A stretch of 62,938 nt of DNA, counting the filler, from Octopus bimaculoides (taxonomy: Eukaryota): NCBI RefSeq assembly GCF_001194135.2. It is 5 parts of 5 records of this genome, joined end to end, with 100 filler letters (N's around TTAATTAATTAA, not from the genome) between each part and the next. Parts side by side here need not be neighbours in the genome. Positions count along the whole stretch, not along the records: positions 23,478 to 36,654 come from NC_068981.1; positions 36,755 to 59,170 come from NC_068985.1; 3 more parts are not named here. The stretch is one strand, 5' to 3'. How positions within the stretch are numbered: position 1 is the first letter of the stretch; each line of letters opens with the position of its first letter. The notes under the pieces are model-generated. The model made no database searches and was not told where the DNA came from. It worked only from the letters and a program-made list of their open reading frames with translations. This document shows positions 25,051 through 37,125 of the stretch, one piece after another. Made by a program: the position numbers and the translations under genes.

Positions 25051-26468
25051 CAGAGAGGAGAAAAATATGTGGGTATGGTACAAAGACATTTTAAGCAACA
25101 GTGCTACTCACATATTGCATCATTTAAACATCCATAAAACACGTCAAAAACAGTTCTTGCAAAGTAGTCTGAGAACTAAGAAAATAAAAGGAATACCATA
25201 TAACATCAAATGGAAGACTCTGGATTGATCCATGTCGTATATCAGTGGAAAAAAGAGACGTGTTCTTTGCTTAACTGAGAAGTTTCGATTATTATAAGGA
25301 TTAAAATCCAAAATGTATATAACTGAACAATCAGAGTGAGATCTTCAGAAGATACTTGCACATCAAGTCCCACCTCATATCTGCAAGAAAATATAGTGGA
25401 ATAGCTTACAACTTCAACACAGCTAATTCATACCCACCTAAATCAGCTAAGTAAATTAACTCTACCCCCACATACACACATCACATTATACCCATAACTA
25501 TCCACGAATAATATGTAACAATGATAACATGCACACATACAACGGGCGTACATAAAATGCACAAGCATATACTTACATAGCATAAACGTAGGACCACCAG
25601 CCAACCCACCGGTCACGCATCTGAAAACCAATATTTTAATAAAAGTTATTTTTCTTTCTCCCCACTTGAATATAACATGACATGTCTCCTAGTAAATTCT
25701 GTCACTCTGAATCACATGGTTTCAAGTTAACAACGCTTTATTTGGAGCTGATGAGAAATCCATAAAAACGTAAGCATTAGATTATTATCTATAAACATGG
25801 ATTTCTAAACCTAAGCTACTCCGAACTGTGCTTGTAAACTCTGTGTGAGTGCGTGTATATATATATATATGTATATATATATNNNNNNNNNNNNNNNNNN
25901 NNNNNNNNNNNNNNNNNNNNNNNNNNNNNNNNNNNNNNNNNNNNNNNNNNNNNNNNNNNNNNNNNNNNNNNNNNNNNNNNNNNNNNNNNNNNNNNNNNNN
26001 NNNNNNNNNNNNNNNNNNNNNNNNNNNNNNNNNNNNNNNNNNNNNNNNNNNNNNNNNNNNNNNNNNNNNNNNNNNNNNNNNNNNNNNNNNNNNNNNNNNN
26101 NNNNNNNNNNNNNNNNNNNNNNNNNNNNNNNNNNNNNNNNNNNNNNNNNNNNNNNNNNNNNNNNNNNNNNNNNNNNNNNNNNNNNNNNNNNNNNNNNNNN
26201 NNNNNNNNNNNNNNNNNNNNNNNNNNNNNNNNNNNNNNNNNNNNNNNNNNNNNNNNNNNNNNNNNNNNNNNNNNNNNNNNNNNNNNNNNNNNNNNNNNNN
26301 NNNNNNNNNNNNNNNNNNNNNNNNNNNNNNNNNNNNNNNNNNNNNNNNNNNNNNNNNNNNNNNNNNNNNNNNNNNNNNNNNNNNNNNNNNNNNNNNNNNN
26401 NNNNNNNNNNNNNNNNNNNNNNNNNNNNNNNNNNNNNNNNNNNNNNNNNNNNNNNNNNNNNNNNNNNN

Positions 26469-26691
26469 GTATAGCCAATCAGACGGATGAAATTTGCGTA
26501 CACTTAATAATGTTACACAAAACAGCCTTCAGACTTTCCCTATTAATTTCGTCTTTTGAATTATGAACATATTTACATCATAAGGGTTTTTTCATTGTAA
26601 GGCTTTCTTTTTTAGTTGATTTTCACCTAGCAAGACTTATCGTAGATGGCGTAATAAGTCACACCCAGACAACGTCGGGTTATACTGCTAG
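26469..26691 (+). mobile_element. Non-autonomous Helitron 3' end
   Basis: ACCCAGACAACGTCGGGT-TATACTG-CTAG-T; reverse complement of 23075-23297. Confidence 0.75.
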
Positions 26692-27249
26692 TATATTATA
26701 TTGTTCACTTTGAAAAGCTCTGCCTCACATACATACTTACATATATACATACATACATACATACATATGTACATACGTACGTACGTACATACATACATAC
26801 ATACATACATACATGCATACATACAAACATACATACATATACGATTATGCATACGCACATGCTCACATACAACTATATATGTATATATTTGGATTAATTG
26901 AAAGACAAGGCACTAGGAATTAGACAGTCAGCCTCATTAGTTTACCACTGTTTCTGCTATAAAGACCACTGCATGCAAAGCTGTGTGTTTGTACATCATC
27001 TTATATCTTTCTGGGAATTTTATATTGAAGTGTCAACTGAAGAGAATGTTGTACGTAACAATTATATTATGTCACTACTCGAAGCGTGCGTGTTAAATAT
27101 AAATAAGTTCAAAATACCAAGTTTTGGTTTTTTAAGGTTGTTCCAATATATATGCATACAAAGATGCATACATACATGCAAACATACATACATACAGACA
27201 GACAGGCAGACAGACAGACAGACAAAAAACATTCATTACACATTTATAA

Positions 27250-28500
27250 ATAGAGTAATCGAGTAAGAGAGAGAGACAGAGAGAGAGGGAGAAAGAGAGA
27301 GAAAGTGAGGGAGAGAGAGCGAATAAGAGAGATGAAGGCAAAGAGAAAAAGAGGGTAGAGTAAGTCTATTATTACATATTTAAAATGCTTACCCTGGTCT
27401 TTTCTGATTTTATTTAACCCACACACGACGAAAAAAAAATTTTAACTCCACCTCGTTTAACATTTCTATATCGTTTTCTTTGAAGTTATAAAAGGAAATA
27501 CTGCAGACTGATCTATGATAATAACGTTTTAAAGTAGTCAAGGGATACCATTTACCTCCTCGTTCTCGTAGTTCTCCTCTCTCTCTCTTCTCTCTCTCAC
27601 CCCCTCTCTTATCTCTACATCTCCTTCTCTCTATCTCTCTATCTCTCTCCTCTCTCTCTCTCTCTCTCCTCCTCTCTCTTTCCTGCTCTCGTCTACTTCT
27701 CCCATCCATATTTTCAGTTTTAAACTTGCCTTCAAAATAATTGGTAATTTCTGAAATGTCATAGTTTCCTTAGTTTTCCTAATTACGCCTTTGATTGCAA
27801 CCAAAATAACCAAATGTCATGGCTAACATTATGTAGGCAGTGAGAATATTTATTCTATATAGTGAAACTGTCCTCGCATCGTTTTCTCTTTTTCCTCCCT
27901 TTTACTTAAGTCCTCCGACTAAGCTTCCTCCTCCCAGACCTCTTCCTAGACCTCTTCTAAACTTCCCCCTGCTTCCCTTTTCTTTCTTTTAAATTTTCTC
28001 TACCTCTTTCTTACCTTCTCTTATTCTTTTTCTCTTATCTCCCTCTTTGTTTTCTTCCTCTCTCTCTTTCATTTTCCCATTATCCTCTCTCGCTTTCGCT
28101 TTCACTCTCTTATTTTCTCACTCTCACTTCATTTCTTTTCCCTTCTCTTTCTTTATACTTGCCCTCTTTCCTTTTTTTCTTTCCATTCTCTTCTTCCTTA
28201 CTATTCACTCTCTCCCTCTCTCTCACTCTCTCCCTCTCTCTCCCTCTCCCCCTCTCTCTCCCTNNNNNNNNNNNNNNNNNNNNNNNNNNNNNNNNNNNNN
28301 NNNNNNNNNNNNNNNNNNNNNNNNNNNNNNNNNNNNNNNNNNNNNNNNNNNNNNNNNNNNNNNNNNNNNNNNNNNNNNNNNNNNNNNNNNNNNNNNNNNN
28401 NNNNNNNNNNNNNNNNNNNNNNNCCTCCCTCCCTCTCTCTCTCCCTCTCTCCCTCTCTCTCCCTCTCTCCCCCTCTCTCTCTCACTCTTGTTCTGTTTCT
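27250..28500. repeat. GA/CT-rich low-complexity region
   Basis: Alternating (GA)n and (CT)n tracts with a gap. Confidence 0.9.
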
Positions 28501-28899
28501 CTCATTCTCTATTCCAAAACATTTTCCCATTTCATGTATGTCTCCCATTTCTTTCCTGAATTCCTCACGTATGTACAATTATCTGAAAATATGTCTATAA
28601 CAAGAGACAACTTTAACCGTTAACCTGAAAAAGATAATGGTTTTCCATACCATTCCTGTTCTATTCCCTTTGGTGCCGACTTTGCTTGTTATCCTGTCAG
28701 GTCACTCTTGAGTGCTACTGGTAACATGTAACTCAGTACAACCTGTTGCATAGTTGGGTCATCGGCGACTAAACCGTTAAGCCCACCAAGCTTGCTCGGT
28801 GAGAAGAGTGAATTATTGGATATCCTACGGAACGAAAAAAAAAACGTCAAAGGGCAGTGGAATTCAAGGGGATCAGTGATCATCCAATAACTGTGTGAA

Positions 28900-29040
28900 G
28901 GCAGGTGGCCTAGTGGTCAGGGTAGTGATCGCGAGAACGTGGTTTCGATTCCCACACCAGCCGTGCGTTGTGTTCTTGAGCAAAACACTTCATTTCACGT
29001 TGCTTCAGTTCAGTCAGCTGTAAATGGATAACCCTGTGAC
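28900..29040 (+). mobile_element. tRNA-derived SINE family C fragment
   Basis: GGTGGCCTAGTGGTC A-box, GGTTTCGATTCC B-box, TTCTTGAGCAAAACACTTCATTTCACGTTGC core. Confidence 0.7.
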
Positions 29041-29084
29041 AGACTAGTGCACAAGGGTGAGAGGGTGAGTAAGGAAAATAACCA

Positions 29085-29881
29085 GATCTATTTCAAAACG
29101 GGGGCACCAGTATTTTTTTAACGAAACACTAACGAAACACTTTGAAACTTGGGACACTGGTAGAATGTGTCATATAAAACATCTTTTACTCTTAGTCTTC
29201 TTAACAAAAAAAACGTACATCGCAAGTTATTCCATGTTAAAGTTGTCGTATTTCTGTAATTTCAACCAATCACTGACGTCTATTCAGCTGAATAGAGTTA
29301 CTGCTGGGCGGTCATAAAAATGTTATTCCCTGTGACATATTTCATCCGGTTTAATCGTAATTTATACGCATATATTGTTTATATAATAAATTACGCTGTG
29401 CGTATCTATGTGTGTAACAATTTTAGAGTTCGGATTCTAGAGTTAGGGTTANNNNNNNNNNNNNNNNNNNNNNNNNNNNNNNNNNNNNNNNNNNNNNNNN
29501 NNNNNNNNNNNNNNNNNNNNNNNNNNNNNNNNNNNNNNNNNNNNNNNNNNNNNNNNNNNNNNNNNNTAATACGATATACACCGTTACAGCGCTAACGGTG
29601 TATATCGTATTAATCCCCTAACCTTAACCCTAACCCTAACTAGACTGTTAACCCTAACCCTAACCCTAACCCTAACTCTAGAATCAACTGAATAGACGTC
29701 AGTGATTAGTAGAAATTATCGAAATAAGACAATTTTTTTACATGAAATAAATTCAAATACAAAAATTTTTTCTGTTCTATAACACAAAATAGATAAGTAT
29801 ACGAATTTTGAAAGTCTTTCGGTACCAAAAGCACTACATAAAACATAAATGAAAACTGGTTCCCCCGTTTTGAAATAGATC
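29085..29881. mobile_element. Foldback/TIR element containing TTAGGG/CCCTAA repeats and a central palindrome
   Basis: IR 29085-29111 / 29855-29881; nested IRs; (TTAGGG) left, (CCCTAA) right; 20-bp-arm palindrome 29567-29612. Confidence 0.75.
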
Positions 29882-30084
29882 CAAATAACCCTAACGGAGG
29901 CCTCACAGGTCACCTTTTGTATTCAGCAATCGAAAGGATGAATAGTAAATCGCGATCGGTTTGGATTGGCTGTACAACCACGTCGAAAGATGTGTGCTAC
30001 ATAAAAATTTGCTATGTGTCTAAGTTTTAACAATCGACTACACTCTTCTTTAAAAATGGTGTCTTTGTGCCTAATAGCATAATC

Positions 30085-30870
30085 TTTAGGGCACCGGACA
30101 AAATTAATTGCAATATTTGTTCCAGCTTTTTACGTTCTGCGTTCAAATCCCTCCGAGGTCAACTTTGTCTTGGATCCCTCCGAATATCAAATCCTGCTCC
30201 CAAATTTGTTGCCTTGCGCCAATGTTAGAAATACTTATTATTGTTGGGGCTGCGGGATTGGCAAGATCGTTAAAATGTCCATAAAATTGCTGTGTGAATC
30301 TTAGTTACGATACTTTACGTTCTGAGTTCGAACCATGCAGGGATCAGTTTTATCTTTCTTCCGTCCAGAGTTGATAGAATATGGAAAACATCGGTGAAAT
30401 GGCGGAATAGTTAAAGCATAAATAAACTTGCCTTGTGATATTTCTGGGATTAACGCCGGACAAAATGTTTAGAAGCATTTCGTCCGTCTTTACGTTCTGA
30501 GTTCAAATTACGCCTAGGTTGACTTTGCCATTCGCAATTTTGGGGTCGATAAGATAAGTACCAGTCATATACTGAAGTCGATGTAATCGACTAAAACCCT
30601 CCCCTAAAATTTCAGGCCTTGTGCCTATGGTAGAAAGAATTATTGTAAAAGGCGGCGAGCTAGCCGAATCGTTAGCACGCTGGGCCAAATGCTTAGTGGC
30701 ATTCCGTCTGTCTTTTATGTTCTGAGTTCAAAATCCACCCAGGTCGTCTTTGCCTTTCATCCTATCGGGATAAGAAAATAAGTGCGGGTCAAGTAGTAGG
30801 GTCGATGCAATCAACTAAGCCCCTCCCGCATCGGTTGCTGGTCTTGTGCCAAAATTTGAAACCATTATTT
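30085..30870 (+). mobile_element. Cluster of tandem SINE family A copies of different ages
   Basis: Four TTTACGTTCTG(A/C)GTTC(A/G)AA-containing units. Confidence 0.75.
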
Positions 30871-30914
30871 CATTTATTATGAAAAACCATGTATTTGCTT
30901 GTATGAAATTTGTA

Positions 30915-31322
30915 GCTGTGTGGTAAGAAGCTTGCTTCCCAGTCACATGGTTTCGGATTCAGTCCCACTGCGTGGAACTTTGGCCAAATGTCTTCTACAG
31001 TAGTCTCGGGCCGACCAAAGCCTTATGAGTGGATTTGGTACACAGAAAGTAAAAGAAGCCCATCGTATGAAATATATATGTATATAAATCTATGTGTGCG
31101 TGTGTGTTTTTGTGTCCGTGTCTGTCCACCCCTCCCCCACCCGTTTGACAACTGGGTTGATGTGTTTGCGTTCCTGTAGCTTAGCGGTTCATCAAAGCAG
31201 ACCGATAGAATAAGTACCAGACTTAAAAGAGGAAGTATTCGGGTCGATTCAATCGACTAAATATTCAAGGCGGTGCCCCAGTATGGCCGCAGTCTAATGA
31301 CTGAAATAAGTAAAAAGTAAAA
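30915..31322 (+). mobile_element. SINE family B, near full length
   Basis: GCTGTGTGGTAAGAAGCTTGCTTCCC...AATGACTGAAATAAGTAAAAAG. Confidence 0.85.
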
Positions 31323-31798
31323 GTTGCTCTTACACACATACACACGCACGCGCATATATATATATATATCTATATATATGTGTGTGTGTGTGTGCGTGTG
31401 TGTGTGTGTGTGTGTGGGCACACGCAGTATTAAGAATTCAGGATAGAATCAGTTAGTTAAATGAGAGGTACCAGGCTAGGTCGAATTCATCCATCGTTTG
31501 TTATTTATTTATTTATTTATTTAAGCAACTGACCCCGAATGAGAAGATCTGCAAACAGATCTCTGACTTATTTAGGAGAATTTGTTGCAATTGCTTCCAC
31601 CAGAATCATATCCCAATGATGATCATATTCGTCGCAAAAAATCATGTAAAAAAATCGCCGAAAACATTCGCAGTAATGAAAACATGGGAATCCAAAATTT
31701 CAGGATTGCAGGTCCGGATTCAGCCCGGAATGTTTTTAATTTACTCACGGAGTTAGCCTTTAGATTATAAAAATTGTTTATAATTCCAGTTGTTTATA

Positions 31799-31837
31799 AT
31801 TCGATTCCAAGCAGTCACCTGAATAATAATAAAACTA

Positions 31838-31886
<49 letters not shown>

Positions 31887-32037
31887 TCGAAAAATACCTT
31901 AGGCATGAGAAATCAGTTCCGAAATTTCCCCAAGACACCTGATGAAGGCTGGAGGGTATATCAGCCGAAACGTTGTGCTACCAACAAACAAGATGCGGAC
32001 AAATATCCGTCAAATGCAAAAAATGTAAATAATGTAC
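31799..32037 (+). mobile_element. 5'-truncated copy of the tRNA/(AAT)n/hammerhead element
   Basis: TTCGATTCCAAGCAGTCACCTG-(AAT)n-ACATCGAAAAATACCTTA...; possible TSD AAAAATTGTT (31769-31778, 32038-32047). Confidence 0.75.
31934..31979 (+). ncRNA. Minimal type I hammerhead ribozyme
   Basis: GACAC-CTGATGA-A-GGCTG-GAGGGTATAT-CAGCC-GAAA-CGT-T-GTGCT; palindromic AACGTT stem III; stem I only 3 Watson-Crick pairs. Confidence 0.65.
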
Positions 32038-32203
32038 AAAAATTGTTATCATACAAAAACATTTGTCGCAAAAAGTCCCCCCCCCCCNNNNNNNNNNAAT
32101 CAAGGAGTCATCCTGATTCCAAAATGGTATGATATGTTGGGCTACAGCCTTTAAGAGTAAAGTGGAAAAAAGTGTAACACACTGACACACTGACATTCAC
32201 ATT

Positions 32204-32563
32204 TATTACCTCCGCCTTGAAGCGGAGGTATTGTTTTCAGTCGCGTTTGTTTGTATGGTTGCTTTTTTGTCTGTAGAGAAGAAATCTCAAGAACCGCTGG
32301 ATGGGTTCGAATGAAACTTTCAGGGATGTTTGGCATCGTGACTGGCACGAGCTGATTAGATTTTGGGATTGATCTCGACAAGGATTCTAGATTATTTTTC
32401 CTGTTTTATTACTTAATTTTTGAGAGCGGTCCGGTTCATTTTTAGTATTCTCGTTTGTGAGAGTAATCGAATTTATTTCAGATATTCTCATAATAATCTC
32501 TGGCTGATAGTTGGGAGGACGATGGAATAGCCCTGGTGGAGGTTTGTGCTCTCTGTTCTTGTT
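32204..32563 (+). mobile_element. Non-autonomous Helentron (HINE/DINE-1-like)
   Basis: TTATTACCTCCGCC-TTGAA-GCGGAGGT start, TGTTTG microsatellite, GGTGGAGGT subTIR near 3' end, TT ends; second copy at 56245. Confidence 0.7.
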
Positions 32564-32588
32564 ATATCATATTATTATATTATATTGA

Positions 32589-32985
32589 GGCGGCGAGCTG
32601 GCGGAAACGTTAGCACACCGGGCGAAATGCTTAGCGGTATTTCGTCTGCCACTGCGTTCTGAGTTCAAATTCCGCCGAGGTCGACTTTGCCTTTCATCCT
32701 TTCGGGGTCGATAAATTAAGTACCAGTTACGCACTAGGGTCGATATAATCGACTTAATCCGTTTGTCTGTCCTTGTTTGTCCCCTCTGTGTGTAGCCCCT
32801 TGTGGGCAGTAAAGAGATAGGTATTTCGTCTGTTCTTTGGTTTCGAGTTCCGTTGAGATCGACTTTGCCTTTAATTCTTTCGGGGTCGATAAAATTAGTA
32901 CCAGTTACGTACTGGGTCGATGTAATGGCCTTAATCCCTTCCCCCAAAATTTGAGGCCTTGTGCTTCCAGTAGAAAGGATTTATT
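32589..32985 (+). mobile_element. Two tandem SINE family A units
   Basis: Young-looking GGCGGCGAGCTGGCGGAAACG... unit plus a second partial unit. Confidence 0.85.
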
Positions 32986-33534
32986 AAAGTTGAAAAAGTG
33001 TGACACACTGACATTCACCTTTATTACATTAGATATGTTTACTTTGGGGGAAACTTCATTTCAATTAAAGTATATTTTACATATATGCCTGTGTGTGTGT
33101 GTATGCATATATATATGTATTAAAGAAAGCAAAAAATAAAACAAAAATGATAGTGTTCAGTATGTTGACCACAGAAATTTCTATTAAAGGGATATGGTTA
33201 AACAAAGTTGTACATCATCTTCCTCTTTCTCTCACATACCCACTCTTTCTCTCTTTCTCTCTCTCTCCCTCTCTCTCTCTCTCCCTCTCTCTCTTTCTCT
33301 CTCTCTGTCTTTTATTATTACTCCCACTGCCACTATCAACACTACTACTTTTAATAAAACATCACCAACTCTCCCTAAATTTCTTTGTCTTTCTTTCTCT
33401 CCCTCTCTTTTTCTTTCTTTCTCTCCCCCTCTCTCCTTGTCTTCGCCACCGCTCTCACCGTCTCTATGCATACTATTACTCTCACCCCATCATGAAGAAT
33501 ATTGGAACGTCATTGAATAGTGAGATAGGGGGTC

Positions 33535-33594
33535 TAAGTGTGACACACTGACTGACACACAGAAATTAGTTTTCGCATTTATTATATTAGAGAT
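33535..33594 (-). mobile_element. Helitron-like 5' end (Lep1-type)
   Basis: Minus strand A^TCTCTAATATAATAAATGCGAAAACT...GTCAGTCAGTGTGTCAC; related stubs at 32170-32204 and 32993-33032. Confidence 0.5.
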
Positions 33595-33689
33595 ATATAT
33601 TTTATCTTTTATCTTTTCTGTTATGGGATTCAGCCAGAGGCTGAGAGCATGCTGGTGCACCACCTTTACTACATCCGGGGATTTTTCCA

Positions 33690-34500
33690 GTAGTCCTTCT
33701 GGTGAAGTAGCGAGTTGGTTGTTGCCGCTCTTCTTTGTGCCTCTAGCTGCGATGTGAGTTCATCCGGAATTGCAGATAAAAAAACTGTCTTGACGTTTTT
33801 TGAAGACTTCCATGTCTACAACTTGCAGATCTCTGATGATCTGGAGTAGGGCATTAAAATGGTGTGGTCCCTTGTTTACCAAGCTATTGCAACATTGGGT
33901 TCATATCCTTGATGGAGAAGACAGGACCTTTGGTACTGTGCAGTGCCGTCCAGTTCGGGATTGTTGTAGATTTCAGTTCCGAAATTTGGAACCAGGCCCT
34001 CCATTATTTTCCACATGTATAGTACTGTATATCTCTCACGTTTTCTCTCCGGGGAGTAGAGTCCCAGTTCCCTCTATCTCTTCAAGTATCTCATGTGTTT
34101 TATTGAGTCTACCTTGTTTGTGAAGTGGTGTTGGATCGCAATTAGTTTTACACTCTGTATGGACCACAGTTGGGGGCAGTAGTCCAGACGACTGAGGACA
34201 AAGGGTCTCCAAAACAGAAGCATTGCGCCTCTGTTCCTGGTCCTGAATGATCTAAGGATCCAACCTGCCACCCGCCTGCATAGTGTTGCCATCTGAGCAC
34301 ATGGCACATGGAAAGTTGCATCGTTACTCATGTGGATTCCCAGGTCACGCACCGACTCTAACTCTGGGATAACATTGCCTGCTGGTCCAGTGTATTTCAG
34401 CTGTAGTTTGTTTGTGGGCTGACAGCAGAGTGCTTGAAATTTTGCGCCATTGAACTGCATATTATTCTCATCTGCCCATTTATATATTGCGGAGCAAATA
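33690..34500 (-). mobile_element. CR1-clade LINE RT C-terminal fragment
   Basis: MQFNGAKF, VRDLGIHM, GWILRSFRTR, LSRLDYCPQLWS, IQHHFT. Confidence 0.88.
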
Positions 34501-36754
34501 AACTAGTTCTGTAAGACATGAACTCAGTAGCTGTACTGGCAAGTAATGACTGTCGCCACTTCAACATGGTTGTTCCGTTCGAACGGACATTACTACAATT
34601 TTTTAAAATATACCTTGTTTCATTCATCGTTTTACATTAATTTATTTCTACATCTCCATGCGTTCTGTAAACCATTTTTGTAATACGATTTGCGTTCATG
34701 AATAGATCCCGGTAATACAGTTAATGACGGACTGGTAGAATTCTTAGCACGTCGGTCAGAATACCTAGTGGTATTGAGTTACGTTTGTACACTCTGAGTT
34801 CAAATCCCGCTGAGGTAGACCTTGCTTTTCATATAGTAGAGTATATATCAGCTAAGGATTACATTATCCAATTCGTCTTCACTTTCAAAGGAAGGCTGGG
34901 TGTGATCTAAGGGAAATTTGACTGCTATTTCTAGTTGATTGAGTAACCACATCTTTGGGTGGTTGCTGCGCAAAGAGAAAGAGGCGGAGAGAAAGAGTGG
35001 GTGGAAGGAAAGGACAGTAGAAGAGATTAGAGTAGAATGAAAAGAATCAATTCAAATGGGTGTCGCGTCCAGGCAGTTTGTTTGTCAAGGGAATGTGAAG
35101 CTTTCTAATTTCAGTTGACTACTACTACTACTACTACTACTACCGCGGTTACAACACAGTTGACTACTACTACTACTACCACGGTTACAAACAGCAGCAA
35201 GTAATACCTGTTGAACATTAGTGAGAGGTATTCTGTCGAGCAAGTGTATCTCGCGATTGTGTGTGTGTGTATGTGTGTGTATTCATATGTGACTGTGGGA
35301 GTGGGAATAGATGCACTGTCTTGGAAGTGTCAGTAAAACAAGACAAACCGACAGACGTGTTTACACATTCTCTTACACACATAACTAAATGCATGACAAT
35401 TCAAAATGATAAAAGAAAAGAATCTATTTAGATCGAATTTGATTCTCAGCTCTGTGTTTCCACCATACTCTTTCTATCATTTGCGTCCTCAACTTCTCCC
35501 ATAATGTGAGGAAGATATTTGGGATATTGATGACTATTTGGTAGAGCAATTTCTTTACTCCACCAAGAGTTTCTTGTGTATAAGTGGCAGCCAAACAGAA
35601 AAGATCCTTCATTCTTATTTCCCGTGTCTTCGAGTCCTAAAGTTTCATGGGATATGTGTTTTACTCGGATTTCCTCAGTGTTGTATCCTCACGAGTTGTG
35701 CTCTCTAAGATAGCAAGCAGTTACCTGGGTTCCTCACAGATATAAGAGCCCATTATTAAACTATGTATGCTGTTTACATTTACAGTTTTATCTACTACGA
35801 GATTCACCGTTAAAAATATAGTTTTCTATGTATGCTGCAACTGTAAAAGCTTTAGTGCATTGCTTTGTCCATGAACCTTGTAATACTGCCAAGACGTCCC
35901 TGCTTACTGTTTGATGTAGCAAACTAAGAAGTTTTGATAAATTAAAATTACACAGTTATAAGAAGAATCATTTCTTAAATTATTAATTCGGGTAAATAAA
36001 AGTAAGCAAGGAGAGATAACATCGAAATTTTAATAAATTAAAATTAATTAAATATGAAATGTAGTGGGGAGCAAGACATATTAAGCAGTACGGTGAAAAT
36101 TACGTAGATGGTCGAAAGCGCTGTCTATCCATTACAGTAGATCTTAAAATGACTAGAGATGCATATAGGAAGTTTTGTGCACGATCACGAAATGACTTTT
36201 TTTAAATCAAAAGAATGACTCAGAAAAATGTGTAAAAGCTATCACTGCTTATAAGTTTGAATTGAACACACGCCATCGATTTTCCACAACCTTTGATTTC
36301 AAAACCTTTCTTCCTTACTGATTTTTTTCGAACCAGGGGTAATCACCTTGGTGAACACTTTCTAAATTAAACAAATATTAAATTTACTTAACATTTGAAT
36401 GAAATACAGGTATCTGAAGATTAGTATAAATGATACAAGTTTATTAACACTGTATTGTGCAAGGCACCAGTAAACTAGTCAGGTGGATTCATTTATTGAA
36501 GAGTTAAGTTTCTTTTCACATAGATACAAACAAGGTATCACTGACAGGGTGCGACCGGTGATCTTATTATTTATTTATTTATTTATTTATTTTGATTAAT
36601 TGCCCACTATTATATTCACGCAGCTAACCTGTAATCAGAATCTAATTTCAAGCTNNNNNNNNNNNNNNNNNNNNNNNNNNNNNNNNNNNNNNNNNNNNTT
36701 AATTAATTAANNNNNNNNNNNNNNNNNNNNNNNNNNNNNNNNNNNNNNNNNNNN

Positions 36755-37125
36755 GCTACTTTCTGAGTTCAGATTCCGCCGAGGTCGACTGTGCCTTTCA
36801 TCCTTTCGGGGTCGATAAATTAAGTACCAGTTACGCACTGGGGTCTATGTAATCGACTTAATCCTTTTGTTTGTCCTTGTTTGTCCCCTCTATGTTTAGA
36901 TCCTTGTGGGCAATAAAGAAATAAGAAACGTTAGCACACCGGGCGAAATGCTTAGCGGTTTTTCGTCTGTCTTTACGTTCTGAGTTCAAAATCCGTCGAG
37001 GTCAACTTTGCCTTTTATCCTTTCGGGGTCGATAAATTAAGTACCAGTTGTGTACTGGGTTCGATCTAATCGACTGGCCCCCTCCCAAAAAATTTCGGGC
37101 CTTTGGCCTAGAGTAGAAAAGAATA
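36755..37125 (+). mobile_element. Two tandem SINE family A units
   Basis: Homology to other copies. Confidence 0.85.

Noticed and set aside
25743-25778. Hammerhead-like CTGATGAGAAATCCATAAAAACGTA
   Set aside because: GAAA absent and stems I/II not convincingly paired
29613-29676. True telomere or telomere fusion site
   Set aside because: Only a few imperfect hexamers embedded in non-telomeric inverted repeats, which fits a repeat element better
36699-36710. Recurrent TTAATTAATTAA motif
   Set aside because: Always centred in N runs; an assembly join marker, not biological
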